Of a stretch of 64,000 bases of DNA, positions 29,803 to 38,317 are shown piece after piece; position 1 is the first letter of the stretch, and each line of letters begins with the position of its first letter. Source of the DNA: Bacillota bacterium (lineage in GTDB: Bacteria; Bacillota; SHA-98; UBA4971); NCBI GenBank assembly GCA_050949175.1, contig JBMNFG010000010.1:222186-286185 (forward strand). The letters are read 5' to 3'. The notes under the pieces were generated by a model. The model was not told the origin of the DNA. It was given only the letters and a program-made list of their open reading frames with translations, and ran no database searches. The translations under genes and the position numbers were made by a program.

Positions 29803-30598
29803 TCAGTAATGTCTGATCCCGCTGAATCCGCTGTAAACATTGAAGCGGTTTGATCTGGCAAAACCGACGAGGGTAAGCTCGCGCTCATGGGCCAGCTTGA
29901 CTGCCTTGTCAGTCGGGGCGGACAGGTGACACCAAAATCGGAGTCCTCAGCCTACAAGCCTTGCCGACTATTTCAGAAGACGCTCTTGCGCTTATAAAGA
30001 GTATTTTATCTGAGGCGTTAACATGGTTCAGAAGGCAGTATCCAACAACCTTATCAATGGCGTTACACCGTCCTATATCCTCGCGGAGCAAGATAATACC
30101 CTTGCCATCACTTATAGCTACCGCATGGCTGCCTCCGGTCTCATGAAACAGATGACAGCTCTTCTCAAACTCGTTCATGAGTCTTATCAAGTCATTTGGG
30201 TCAAGTGGATCTACATCCCATAGGGCTGTTGTTTCGGGGCAATCGGTGGAGCAACCACTGGAAGAACCGGCTAGGCAGTCACCGGGGTGTTCATTCAGGT
30301 AACTACATGGGCACTCATTAAGGCTGTCGGATTTAGAAGCAACGACGTAAACCCTTCCCTGCGTCTCATCTACTTTCAGTGACTCCACCCGCTTAATGGA
30401 ATCAATCATCCCGCTGCAGTAGAGATAGCCTGCGGCAAGTTCAGAGAGGTGTCGAGGCGTAGCTGTCAACTTGACGAGTTCATGTCCGTTCAGAACAACG
30501 GTAATCTCGGCTTCTGCTGCAACCTCATCCTTCTCCGAAAGCCACTTGCAATCGCGAAACCTCAAAACATCAACAGCAGCCACAGGCTTATTGGACAT
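29803..30598 (-). pseudogene. fdhD: formate dehydrogenase accessory sulfurtransferase FdhD, frame broken near 29920-29926
   Basis: The listed ORF 29909-30598 ends ...TPILVSPVRPD*. The adjacent frame continues with the canonical SAPTDKAVKLAHERELTLVGFARSNRFNVYSGFSGIRHY* and stops at 29803-29805. Confidence 0.8.
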
Positions 30599-31190
30599 CT
30601 GATTTCGCCTCCAGGAGAGTATGGGCTGATTCCAGGTCGGCCCAGGTGTTGATGTTGAAGAAACTTAGAAACGAAGGGCCGAACTTCCTTGTAATGTCCT
30701 CACTAATATGATAGACCCTAAGAGGTGCGATGAGGAGACTCGCTAACTTGCGATTATCTTGCTCAAGATGAGTTCTTATTATATCCAAAACCCTCTTGTC
30801 GTAAAAGGCATGCAGTGGCTCAATAAAGCGCCCAATACGCGGAATCACCACGTCGTATCTTGAGGCATACGATTTCATGTAGCAAATGAGGCCCTTGTTC
30901 AAGAAAGGCATATCGCAACCGCATACAAAGTTCACCTTATCATAAGTTGCCATTAAGCCTGCTTCAAGGCCTCCAAGGGGTCCTTTACCGGGGTGGGTGT
31001 CAGTGACTACGCGGCCTGGAAAGGCCGAATAGAGACTGGGGTCATTAGTGACAAGAATCAATTCGTCAAACAGTGGCTTTAGCCTTTCAACCACCCTATC
31101 TAGCAAGGTTTTACCTGCTAGCAGCTGTAGAGTTTTTCTTATCCCTCCCATTCTCTTGGAAGTTCCCCCTGCAAGGATTATTCCGGCCAT
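30588..31190 (-). CDS. mobA: molybdenum cofactor guanylyltransferase
   Basis: AGIILAGGTSKRMGG, PLGGLEAGL and CGCDMPFL motifs. 200 aa. Confidence 0.88.
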   Translation of the reverse strand: MAGIILAGGTSKRMGGIRKTLQLLAGKTLLDRVVERLKPLFDELILVTNDPSLYSAFPGRVVTDTHPGKGPLGGLEAGLMATYDKVNFVCGCDMPFLNKGLICYMKSYASRYDVVIPRIGRFIEPLHAFYDKRVLDIIRTHLEQDNRKLASLLIAPLRVYHISEDITRKFGPSFLSFFNINTWADLESAHTLLEAKSDVQ

Positions 31191-32008
31191 GCTGTCACAC
31201 CTTTGCTGAGAAATGCTTCACAGCCTCTCTCAATAAAGAGCACGAACAGTGATGCCGTGATGAGGTCAGCTGTAGTCCCCGGGTTAAGGTGGTTATTGTC
31301 ATCCCTCAAATAACTGTCCAAGTTCGCTTTAGCCTTCTTCCAATCATCCGAGCCGTGTCCTCCTGCATCCAAGGTTTCTTTCGCCATTGTTGACACTTCT
31401 TCGGCTCTCTCTCGGCCAACCTTTCTTGCAATCAATGTATCAGGTACCTCAGATAAGACTGTCAAGAAGGCTTGGACTACGGCGTCACTCCAGGACCTTA
31501 GTTCAGCCCTGGCTTTGAGCAGAGCAGGATATCCCAGAGTGAATGTAATCCGGTAATCAGAACAATACTCCAGAGCGATGCTGTCCCTGTCTTTCGCAAG
31601 ACGCATAGCCTCAAGCAATGTGATTGTGGGCTCATCTCTTACGTCGTGTTTGTCTACCTTTCCAATGCCGCCCGGCTATGTTTCCCTGATAGCAAGATAA
31701 GCCTTTCGGCAATCATCTACTGTAAGCGTCTTCAGTACATTACTTAGACGATTACGCAAAGAAGTAGGTGTTTTGTCTAATGCAGCCTTTGCCAGGGGTG
31801 CGAGAAGAAGAATCATCCCCAGGTTTGTGTTGGATTTGACATACTGTGCTGATGCCCGGCGTGCCGTCAAAATCAAATCTCCCACTGTGAGCTTATCTGC
31901 CTCGGCAAACACGAGAGCTGCCGCCCATGCAGATATTAGAAAATCCTCACACGTAGTATCCTGGAAATCATGGTAGCGCGTGACATTTCCCGGTTTCGGC
32001 GCCATCAC
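31178..32008 (-). pseudogene. CitG-family (triphosphoribosyl-dephospho-CoA synthase-like) gene interrupted by an in-frame TAG at 31676-31678
   Basis: ORFs 31676-32008 and 31178-31618 are in the same frame (both start positions are 1 mod 3). The joined translation reads ...AYLAIRET*PGGIGKVDKHDVRDEPTITLLEAMRLAKDRD.... It carries the KPGNVTR and NPGTTADL motifs of the family. No canonical start is visible for the upstream extension LLITPEEVAKAFGLASIVEV. Confidence 0.7.
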
Positions 32009-32058
32009 TTCAACAATGGACGCCAGCCCAAAAGCTTTGGCTACTTCCTCTGGTGTTA

Positions 32059-32355
32059 TCAGCAGCCTCCCCTCCCGTTTAAGACGAAGTCCGCAATCTC
32101 ATCTGCTATGTCAATGTCAGATACTCTTTGAAGGCCTTCCCATCCCGGAACCCCGTTCACCTCAAGGACGAACTCCTCCCAGTCTCGAGAACGAACAATA
32201 TCTACCCCTGCATACAGACAACCAATGGCCTCTGCTGCCTTGAACGCCAAATACTCTTGGCGGTCGGTAAGCTCAACAGGGCAACCTATAGCTCCTTGTG
32301 CGATGTTGGTTCTCCAGTTCGGCCTCCTGCCTGTCAAATCCCCTTGGTATTCCAC
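32059..32355 (-). pseudogene. C-terminal third of an ATP-grasp (RimK/MptN-like) ligase; the N-terminal two thirds are missing
   Basis: WRTNIAQGAIGCPVELTDRQEYLAFKAAEAIGCLYAGVDIV...VLEVNGVPGWEGL matches only the last part of the ATP-grasp fold. It is preceded directly by beta-RFAP synthase coding sequence in another frame. Confidence 0.7.
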
Positions 32356-32776
32356 CGGCTACCACGAGGCCGCCGTGTTCGAACAGCCCCAAACATGCGT
32401 CGGCGCGGAACCCTCGTAATACTATGCGTGCAATATCTTCCATTTCGCACCTGACATTATGGAGACGCGCCAGGATTATGCCAACTGCCATCCTCAACTG
32501 GACAGACGATCCAAAGCCGACATGAACCGGAATTGTCTCCTTTACCCGTAGCTTGGCTCCGCCTTTTATCCCGGCTTTTGAAAGGAAGTCACCGGCGATG
32601 TCTCTTACTCTCCGGGCATCGTTGCCGAAGACGTTCAATTCATGGTGCTCCTCAGCTAATATGACAATCTTAGGGTCTTCAAGAGCCACCCCGATACCTC
32701 CGTACATGCGCCCCAGGGAACCGTTGAGATCCAACTGTCCCAAGTGCAACCGAGAGTGGGCTTCAACCCTCAACAT
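32350..32776 (-). pseudogene. N-terminal half of beta-ribofuranosylaminobenzene 5'-phosphate (beta-RFAP) synthase (GHMP-kinase fold), truncated by deletion
   Basis: MLRVEAHSRLHLGQLDLNGSLGRMYGGIGVALEDP and the GHMP motif VGFGSSVQL are present. Homology stops after FEHGGLVVAGG at about 32350, and the ORF then runs into out-of-frame ATP-grasp sequence. Confidence 0.65.
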
Positions 32777-32899
32777 CCAAGTCACCAACCTTTCAGGCAT
32801 CGACGCTCTCATCCTGCACGGGAGCTACCAATCTAAACCAGCGTATGCAACTACAACCAAGCCAACTAAATTCTGACATACTTGAATTCTTTTGTAAGG

Positions 32900-33022
32900 C
32901 TCCGTGGCAACCGAAGGTTGCCGTAAGAATACCGCCACTTTTCTCAGCCGTGGAGTTGGGGAGGGCTGTCTCCGCTCCTACGGGGTTCACTCGCACTCCC
33001 CCGGAGGGGAGTGACATTTTCT
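32900..33022 (+). ncRNA. candidate structured RNA or attenuator ending in a terminator-like hairpin (family unknown)
   Basis: CUCCGUGGC (32900-32908) can pair with GCCGUGGAG (32947-32955) only if two G-U pairs are allowed, which works on the plus strand only. There is a competing local hairpin at 32904-32924. The terminal stem is CACTCCCC cgga GGGGAGTG (32994-33013), followed by ACATTTTCTC. An upstream GGGGAG could act as an anti-terminator. Confidence 0.3.
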
Positions 33023-33079
33023 CAGGGCGCTTATAGGGTGACGTTATCACAGACCGATCACAGAATACCGTGACTCCAC

Positions 33080-33108
33080 TTGACGCCCTGAGACTTGTGT
33101 GCTATCCT
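33080..33108 (+). promoter_or_regulatory. sigma-A promoter for tRNA-His
   Basis: TTGACG (33080-33085), 17-nt spacer, TATCCT (33103-33108) preceded by TGC (extended -10). Confidence 0.55.
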
Positions 33109-33177
33109 GTAAATGCATTTAAATACGCTGTTTAGATTTCCATCGACGGCATCAAACGAATAGCTTGTGATTTACGT

Positions 33178-33254
33178 GGTAGATGTAGCTCAACGGTGAG
33201 AGCGCTGGACTGTGGCTCCAGAGGTTGCGGGTTCGAATCCCGTCATCTACCCCA
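33178..33254 (+). tRNA. tRNA-His (anticodon GTG)
   Basis: The cloverleaf was folded by hand. It has G-1 paired to discriminator C, acceptor GTAGATG/CATCTAC, D stem GCTC/GAGC, anticodon stem CTGGA/TCCAG with loop CTGTGGC, T arm GCGGG-TTCGAAT-CCCGT and an encoded CCA. Confidence 0.95.
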
Positions 33255-33289
33255 TCTTTTTGCCTCTGAATGAAGGATGAGTTGTCTGT

Positions 33290-34267
33290 TCACGTCAGGA
33301 AAGACGGTGCTACATAAGGCAGGAAGTACAAAGCCAGCGTGACTGCAAGAAGATCTCCGGAACCGCCGGGACTGATGCCGAGAGAGGTAAACTCCTTATC
33401 CATAAGAAGAATGCTACATCTTCCGTCTTCAGTGAGCATGCCGCCTTGCGATAAAGCCAGCCTTGCTCGCGGTTTTACAACGTCTTCCAGGGTTTCAACA
33501 GACGATCTATGAACCACGCAGGTATCGTCCAGATTAGCCATTATCGAGATCAGAGAGTGTACCATGGCATCGTTCAGTGAAAGGCCGCACTTGAGGGTTT
33601 TCTCCAGTGCAGGTAATCCGTGGTGAAAGACTGTAGGAAACCCTGCTTCAGCCTCGCCTCTTGCCCCTGTTAACCCGTGCATCATGTAGATACGCTCTCC
33701 GTTAGAAAGATGCCGAGGATCGGCTTTGACACGTCTTAAGCCAAGAAGGTCTCGCTCGACTATTCCGCAGGTTATGGCCTGTACTGTCCGGGTTGTTTGA
33801 AACCTGTCAGGTACTCCGCCGCCGGCAATGATGTACCCGGTAGATGCAGCTATCAACCCTAGACTGAATATTGCCCCTTTATGGGTATTCACGCCTCCGG
33901 TAGCCTCGTACATTCTAGCTTCCGCTTGAACCCCGATCGACCTCACCTTGTCCAGTAACCCGTGCACCGGTCCTGTATGGCCCATTCCTACCTCTGCCAT
34001 GGCAGCAAAACTCGGACCTATTGCAATAGCACTCCTGACAAGAGTCAGATAGTCCATGTCATCATGTGCACCAGAGCTAGTCATATCAACCAGCCCGGGC
34101 GCAGGTGTGCAAGATGCCTCGAGAATCAGGGCGAGAAGCAATACTTCGCCTATCCTTTGAGCCTCAGGCGAGATCTGTTCATAGTAGGTCTTCGCGCCTT
34201 GCCAGCTTAACTTCGCGGATTCCTTTGACAAGGATAGTATCTCTGCCTGATAAGAGCTCACGGCCAT
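33290..34267 (-). CDS. mdcB: triphosphoribosyl-dephospho-CoA synthase (MdcB/MadG) for the malonate decarboxylase ACP prosthetic group
   Basis: TPAPGLVD, VNTHKGAIFSLGL and GISPGGSGDLLA motifs. The start is uncertain: ATG 34267 or GTG 34282. Either overlaps mdcG by about 90-100 nt. Confidence 0.85.
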   Translation of the reverse strand: MAVSSYQAEILSLSKESAKLSWQGAKTYYEQISPEAQRIGEVLLLALILEASCTPAPGLVDMTSSGAHDDMDYLTLVRSAIAIGPSFAAMAEVGMGHTGPVHGLLDKVRSIGVQAEARMYEATGGVNTHKGAIFSLGLIAASTGYIIAGGGVPDRFQTTRTVQAITCGIVERDLLGLRRVKADPRHLSNGERIYMMHGLTGARGEAEAGFPTVFHHGLPALEKTLKCGLSLNDAMVHSLISIMANLDDTCVVHRSSVETLEDVVKPRARLALSQGGMLTEDGRCSILLMDKEFTSLGISPGGSGDLLAVTLALYFLPYVAPSFLT

Positions 34268-34964
34268 TAACTCCCCACCCACCTTTTAGCTGAACTTCTA
34301 CATCTATTCGTACGGCGAAGCTCTTCTCAAGTGCGTCAGCCAACTCAACGATGCGAGAGACTTCGTCTATGGAAACTCGTGCTACAACAACGTCTAGGTC
34401 AGAAATGCCGTCAGTGTACGGCAGCCCTGTATATATCTCCAGAGCACCCGAACCCCATACCCCAAACGCAATCTCCTCCCGCACTCTCTCTTTCATGACA
34501 GACAGTGCAGCTAACGCCGGGGTCCTTGGCACAACAGGAAGCCTTGCAACCTCCTGTGGAGTAATCCGCTTTGAAACAAATCGACGGTGAAGGACACACG
34601 GAATCCTTATCCTTCTTGATTCAGGCATAAACGGAATGACGAAGCCTACTGCAACGAAACCATCCATCGTACAGTCGCCGTATATCTCACGTGCAGAATC
34701 CATATCGCCATCGGTGAACCTTCTGACAATGCCGGGAAGGTGGACTCCGTTGCACCCATGTTCAAGCACGTGCTTGCAGTAGCGCCTGGCAGAAGGTGAA
34801 GGCCATGAGTCGACCTTCAGCAGACTCTTTATATCCCAAACGTACTGCGATAAATGCTTTCGGCCTTCCGGGGAGATTTCCACCAGGTCGTGCCTGGTAA
34901 ACTCATTGGATATCCCAACTTCTTGCAGAGGGTTCACCTCCTCTTCGTATATGCCGGATCCCAT
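34179..34964 (-). CDS. mdcG: phosphoribosyl-dephospho-CoA transferase (holo-ACP synthase MdcG type)
   Basis: FGVWGSGALEIYTGLPYTDGISDLDVVV nucleotidyltransferase signature. Its position is next to mdcB. Confidence 0.8.
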   Translation of the reverse strand: MGSGIYEEEVNPLQEVGISNEFTRHDLVEISPEGRKHLSQYVWDIKSLLKVDSWPSPSARRYCKHVLEHGCNGVHLPGIVRRFTDGDMDSAREIYGDCTMDGFVAVGFVIPFMPESRRIRIPCVLHRRFVSKRITPQEVARLPVVPRTPALAALSVMKERVREEIAFGVWGSGALEIYTGLPYTDGISDLDVVVARVSIDEVSRIVELADALEKSFAVRIDVEVQLKGGWGVNGRELLSGRDTILVKGIREVKLARREDLL

Positions 34965-36073
34965 ACCTTCTCTGTCTCATATTTAACCTGCGCTTCACTG
35001 AGAACATCGAAAAGCCTAGTCTTCTCCGGGCCCTCGATGAGAGCAGTAATACTTGGCTCAACGCCTGACGACGCGCTTTCACATACAGACAGAGACAGCT
35101 TCAAAAGAGTCCTCTCCGACTTGACCTTAACGTCCGGGGCGCATTTCACAATCCTCGCTTTTGTCCTCAAAATCGTTCTTGCGACTCTGTGCACCACCTC
35201 AGCATTGGGTAGAGGTGATTCGAGGACACATACTTCAAAATCAGGATACGTCCTCACGCGCCTGTAAGTTATGATTCTACCTTCTTTGTTCAGGACATGT
35301 CCTTTGGAACTGACAGGGAAGGAATCTGACATCGGAAGTCCGCCTACTACAAGCTCGCAATACTCTCCTCCTGCAGGAGACTTCACAAGTGAAATATCAT
35401 CCCTCAGCGGGACTCCGTCCATAGTAAGCCACCCGAACTCCTGACACCCGTAGAGATCATGGACTCTCGCACCCAAAAGCTCCTCTGCAACCGGAATAAG
35501 CTCAAGATCCATTGGAGTCCCTGCGACAAATATGGAGGTCACAGCAGGAAGGTGCCCGCCAATACCCAGCTTTTTTGCATCCTCCAAAGCATATCTAATG
35601 AATGTTGATTCCCCGACGATGAAGTCAGGCTTGTTTTCCAGAACCGCGAGAAGAAAAGCATCCCTCGTTGAACGTTGGAGAAAGCCGACGCTAATCCCCA
35701 GTTTTTGAAGGGCCTCCCACGGAAACACCAAGACCAAGGGGGGATATGTGAACAATGCCTTTGCGCCGCGCTTGATTCCCGCTCGCTCAAATGCAAGCAA
35801 GGATGCCTTGATTCTGTCGGGGATCTCACTTGAGGTGACACCGACTACGTTTTGAAAGGCAGTGGAACCTGTGGTAAACGATATATACGCATAATTCAAC
35901 GGAGTATGGACTTCTTCGATAACGTGGGCAGCGGTCGGTCCGTTTGCCCCTTTATCAACCAGGGTTCTCCTGGGCATTTCTTGAATGGTAGGAGCCTGGC
36001 CGGCAGTGGCTACGCCGGCTCTCAGTATTTCAAGGACCTGCTCCAGCTCAAACTCAGGGCGTAAATCCATCAT
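34934..36073 (-). CDS. adenylate-forming ligase (PaaK / F390-synthetase-like); candidate ACP-SH:acetate ligase (MadH-equivalent)
   Basis: FTTGSTAFQ (degenerate TSGTTG AMP motif) and DLYGCQEFGW. The gene sits where madH sits in the Malonomonas cluster. The functional assignment is by position only. Confidence 0.5.
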   Translation of the reverse strand: MMDLRPEFELEQVLEILRAGVATAGQAPTIQEMPRRTLVDKGANGPTAAHVIEEVHTPLNYAYISFTTGSTAFQNVVGVTSSEIPDRIKASLLAFERAGIKRGAKALFTYPPLVLVFPWEALQKLGISVGFLQRSTRDAFLLAVLENKPDFIVGESTFIRYALEDAKKLGIGGHLPAVTSIFVAGTPMDLELIPVAEELLGARVHDLYGCQEFGWLTMDGVPLRDDISLVKSPAGGEYCELVVGGLPMSDSFPVSSKGHVLNKEGRIITYRRVRTYPDFEVCVLESPLPNAEVVHRVARTILRTKARIVKCAPDVKVKSERTLLKLSLSVCESASSGVEPSITALIEGPEKTRLFDVLSEAQVKYETEKVWDPAYTKRR

Positions 36074-36953
36074 CCTCCCCTCCAAGCCAGCTGGAAAGTG
36101 CCAGATTAAACTCCTCTTCCATGAGCTCGATGACTTTCTCCGAGGTCTTTCTACCACCACGCTTAATACCTGACATCAGCCTGGACCAGGGACCTACTTT
36201 GTCATATTCGCCCGCTGCTTTCAGCCTTCGGATCTCATCTATTTGAGCCTTTACACGTGGCCGCATGTCTGCAACTGACTCTATGATTTCATCAACCCCA
36301 CCCAGGTTATAGAAGTGTGAGACTCCTGACGCAAACACCGGATTGCCCTCTGAAAGCTCTTCCAGAAGCATAATATTGATCTTCGTTACCCTGGCAATAC
36401 CCACCAGCGGCATTACATGGACCATAGTCCCGAACTCGTCAGAAAGTGCGAGGATCCTGTCTGCCTGAAGGCCGTGACAGAGGAACCCCCCGCTTATAGC
36501 TCTCCCAACAACCATTGCAACAATGGGATGGCCTGCTCTTCTTGCTTCTGCTGAAGCCAGCTGGTATGCACCTGTCGATTTGTAAATGCCTATGATTTCC
36601 TCAACTTTACCGGGGCTCATTCCCGGGGTATCGACTACCAGAATGATAGGCCTTTTCTCTGCTAGAGGCTTGTCTTTATCTGCTTTAATAGTCAAGTAGA
36701 CGGCATGGGCCATCTTGAAGCCTTCTTCAAGCCCCATGAGGCCTGCATAAACCATTCTGAAACGAGGGTTTGCAATCCCTGCGTCATTTGCAATAACAGT
36801 CACTGTCTCCCCTGACAGAGTGGCACTTCCCACCACCGCTGATTCCGCCCATTCAGGGTCAAGGGTCTCTCCTCCACAGAGGTTCTCTTCGAAAGAGCCT
36901 TCGTCAACTATGTAATCAATCGCATCGCGTCCCCTGCCAAAGAAGTTAATCAT
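36054..36953 (-). CDS. madD: malonate decarboxylase carboxyltransferase subunit (MadD / MdcE-like)
   Basis: AcCoA-carboxylase carboxyltransferase-alpha-like fold with IVAMVVGRAISGGFLCHGLQADRILAL. ATG at 36953 follows GGGGGAGGG and overlaps the madC stop by 8 nt. Confidence 0.85.
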   Translation of the reverse strand: MINFFGRGRDAIDYIVDEGSFEENLCGGETLDPEWAESAVVGSATLSGETVTVIANDAGIANPRFRMVYAGLMGLEEGFKMAHAVYLTIKADKDKPLAEKRPIILVVDTPGMSPGKVEEIIGIYKSTGAYQLASAEARRAGHPIVAMVVGRAISGGFLCHGLQADRILALSDEFGTMVHVMPLVGIARVTKINIMLLEELSEGNPVFASGVSHFYNLGGVDEIIESVADMRPRVKAQIDEIRRLKAAGEYDKVGPWSRLMSGIKRGGRKTSEKVIELMEEEFNLALSSWLGGEDDGFTP

Positions 36954-37926
36954 TATCTCCAACCCTCCCCCTGGGCCAGCGCCGGGCATTTGCCTCAAAT
37001 TCTGAGACATTGGAATCCCAGAGATACTCAATGTCTTCGTTACCAAACTGCCTCCAGAGATCCCAGGAGTCCTGGATTCTGTCGTTTGCAGCCAGGTCTA
37101 CAAGGCGCATCTGTTCCAGCACCATCTCTCCGGTGCCTATGATCCTTTTAGACGCTATCTTTTCAATGGGCCAACTTGCAACTTCGGCAACTTTTTCCCT
37201 AAATGCCTTCATTGTGTCTTCTACAATGAAATCCGCATCACGTGTGATGAACCTATGCCTACCTCCGGTTGTCCGCCATACCAAAGCCCGGTTGGCAGCA
37301 TCAAATTCCTCAGTCCCCACCACTTCTTCGATAACTCCGGGCCCTGTCAAGCCCAGCCTTCCTACATCACTCATGATGAGCACATCGACAGACGCTGCTA
37401 CAAAGCCCATTCCTCCGAAGCAGCCTACAGTGCCTCCGACAATTCCAATAATAGGCACTTTGCCTCTTGCTGCCTGGAATGCATCCATCACCTCAGAATG
37501 AGCCAAGAGGCCTGCGTTGGCTTCTTGAAGCCTTACTCCGCCTGTGTCAAAGGAAATCACTACTGCAACCCGGCCTCTGCTTTCAGAGGATTTGCTTCGT
37601 GACTCCAAAATCTCTTGTCCGCGCAAGGCAAGGCGGATGGCCATAACCATTTTCGTGCCGTGGGCTTCACCGACGCCTCCGCCTAAGAACTTGCTTTCTT
37701 GAGACACGACGACGGCGGGAGCTTTACCCACCGTTCCTAAACCTACAACTACCCCGTCATCAAACTGGGGGGTCTGGCCCATAGGAGGTAGATGGGGACT
37801 CGTCAATTTCAGCCTGGGACCTAACAGTTCAGTGAAACTTTCCGGATTACAGATGGCATACGCTCTTTCTCTCGCATTGAGTCTTGAAAAAGGCTGGTTC
37901 TGCAGCAGATTCCATCTATCGTCCAT
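36946..37926 (-). CDS. madC: malonate decarboxylase carboxyltransferase subunit (MadC / MdcD-like)
   Basis: Carboxyltransferase-beta-like. Motifs are VVVSQESKFLGGGVGEAHGTKM and FDTGGVRLQEANAGL. ATG at 37926 follows GGAGGTGG. Confidence 0.85.
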   Translation of the reverse strand: MDDRWNLLQNQPFSRLNARERAYAICNPESFTELLGPRLKLTSPHLPPMGQTPQFDDGVVVGLGTVGKAPAVVVSQESKFLGGGVGEAHGTKMVMAIRLALRGQEILESRSKSSESRGRVAVVISFDTGGVRLQEANAGLLAHSEVMDAFQAARGKVPIIGIVGGTVGCFGGMGFVAASVDVLIMSDVGRLGLTGPGVIEEVVGTEEFDAANRALVWRTTGGRHRFITRDADFIVEDTMKAFREKVAEVASWPIEKIASKRIIGTGEMVLEQMRLVDLAANDRIQDSWDLWRQFGNEDIEYLWDSNVSEFEANARRWPRGRVGDND

Positions 37927-37948
37927 ACGCAATAGCCACCTCCATGTA

Positions 37949-38281
37949 TTACCCGGATTTCTCTCGCGACATTTCTTTTGCCAGTTGCGCAAGTCTCAGC
38001 TTGACTACTGCCGGGGTGGCTCCGTCATCATTTATCCAGATTTCGCATGCACGCACTTTATGGGTGGCCATAAACTCATCGATAACCATCTGCCAGACGC
38101 TTCCAAACCCTACAGCACTGGTAGTAACGTGGAACTTAGTAACACCGGGCTCATGCGGCATTGGCTCTGCCAGAATCTCGAGGTCCCCGGACATTACATG
38201 TCCGATATGGATATACTCCCAGTCACGTTTACCTTTTTCAGCCGGTCCTAGATATTCAAATTCTAAACGTTCCAGAGCCAC
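37949..38281 (-). CDS. madE: malonate decarboxylase acyl carrier protein (MadE / MdcC)
   Basis: 110 aa. HVMSGDLEILAEP contains the prosthetic-group serine context (SGDLE). Confidence 0.9.
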   Translation of the reverse strand: MALERLEFEYLGPAEKGKRDWEYIHIGHVMSGDLEILAEPMPHEPGVTKFHVTTSAVGFGSVWQMVIDEFMATHKVRACEIWINDDGATPAVVKLRLAQLAKEMSREKSG

Positions 38282-38317
38282 GGCAATCCCCCTTCTCGGT
38301 GCGCATACCTGTCTGTT

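Noticed and set aside
29685-29888. 67-aa minus-strand ORF downstream of fdhD
   Set aside because: It overlaps, in a different frame, the genuine C-terminal part of fdhD (SAPTDKAVKLAHERELTLVGF...). It is a by-product of the fdhD frameshift, not an independent gene.
31676-31678. Pyrrolysine decoding of the in-frame TAG
   Set aside because: TAG is used as an ordinary stop in this window (for example pnp, rbfA and the DUF503 gene). No pyl genes or methylamine methyltransferases are visible. The neighbouring genes are clearly decayed. A nonsense mutation is far more likely.
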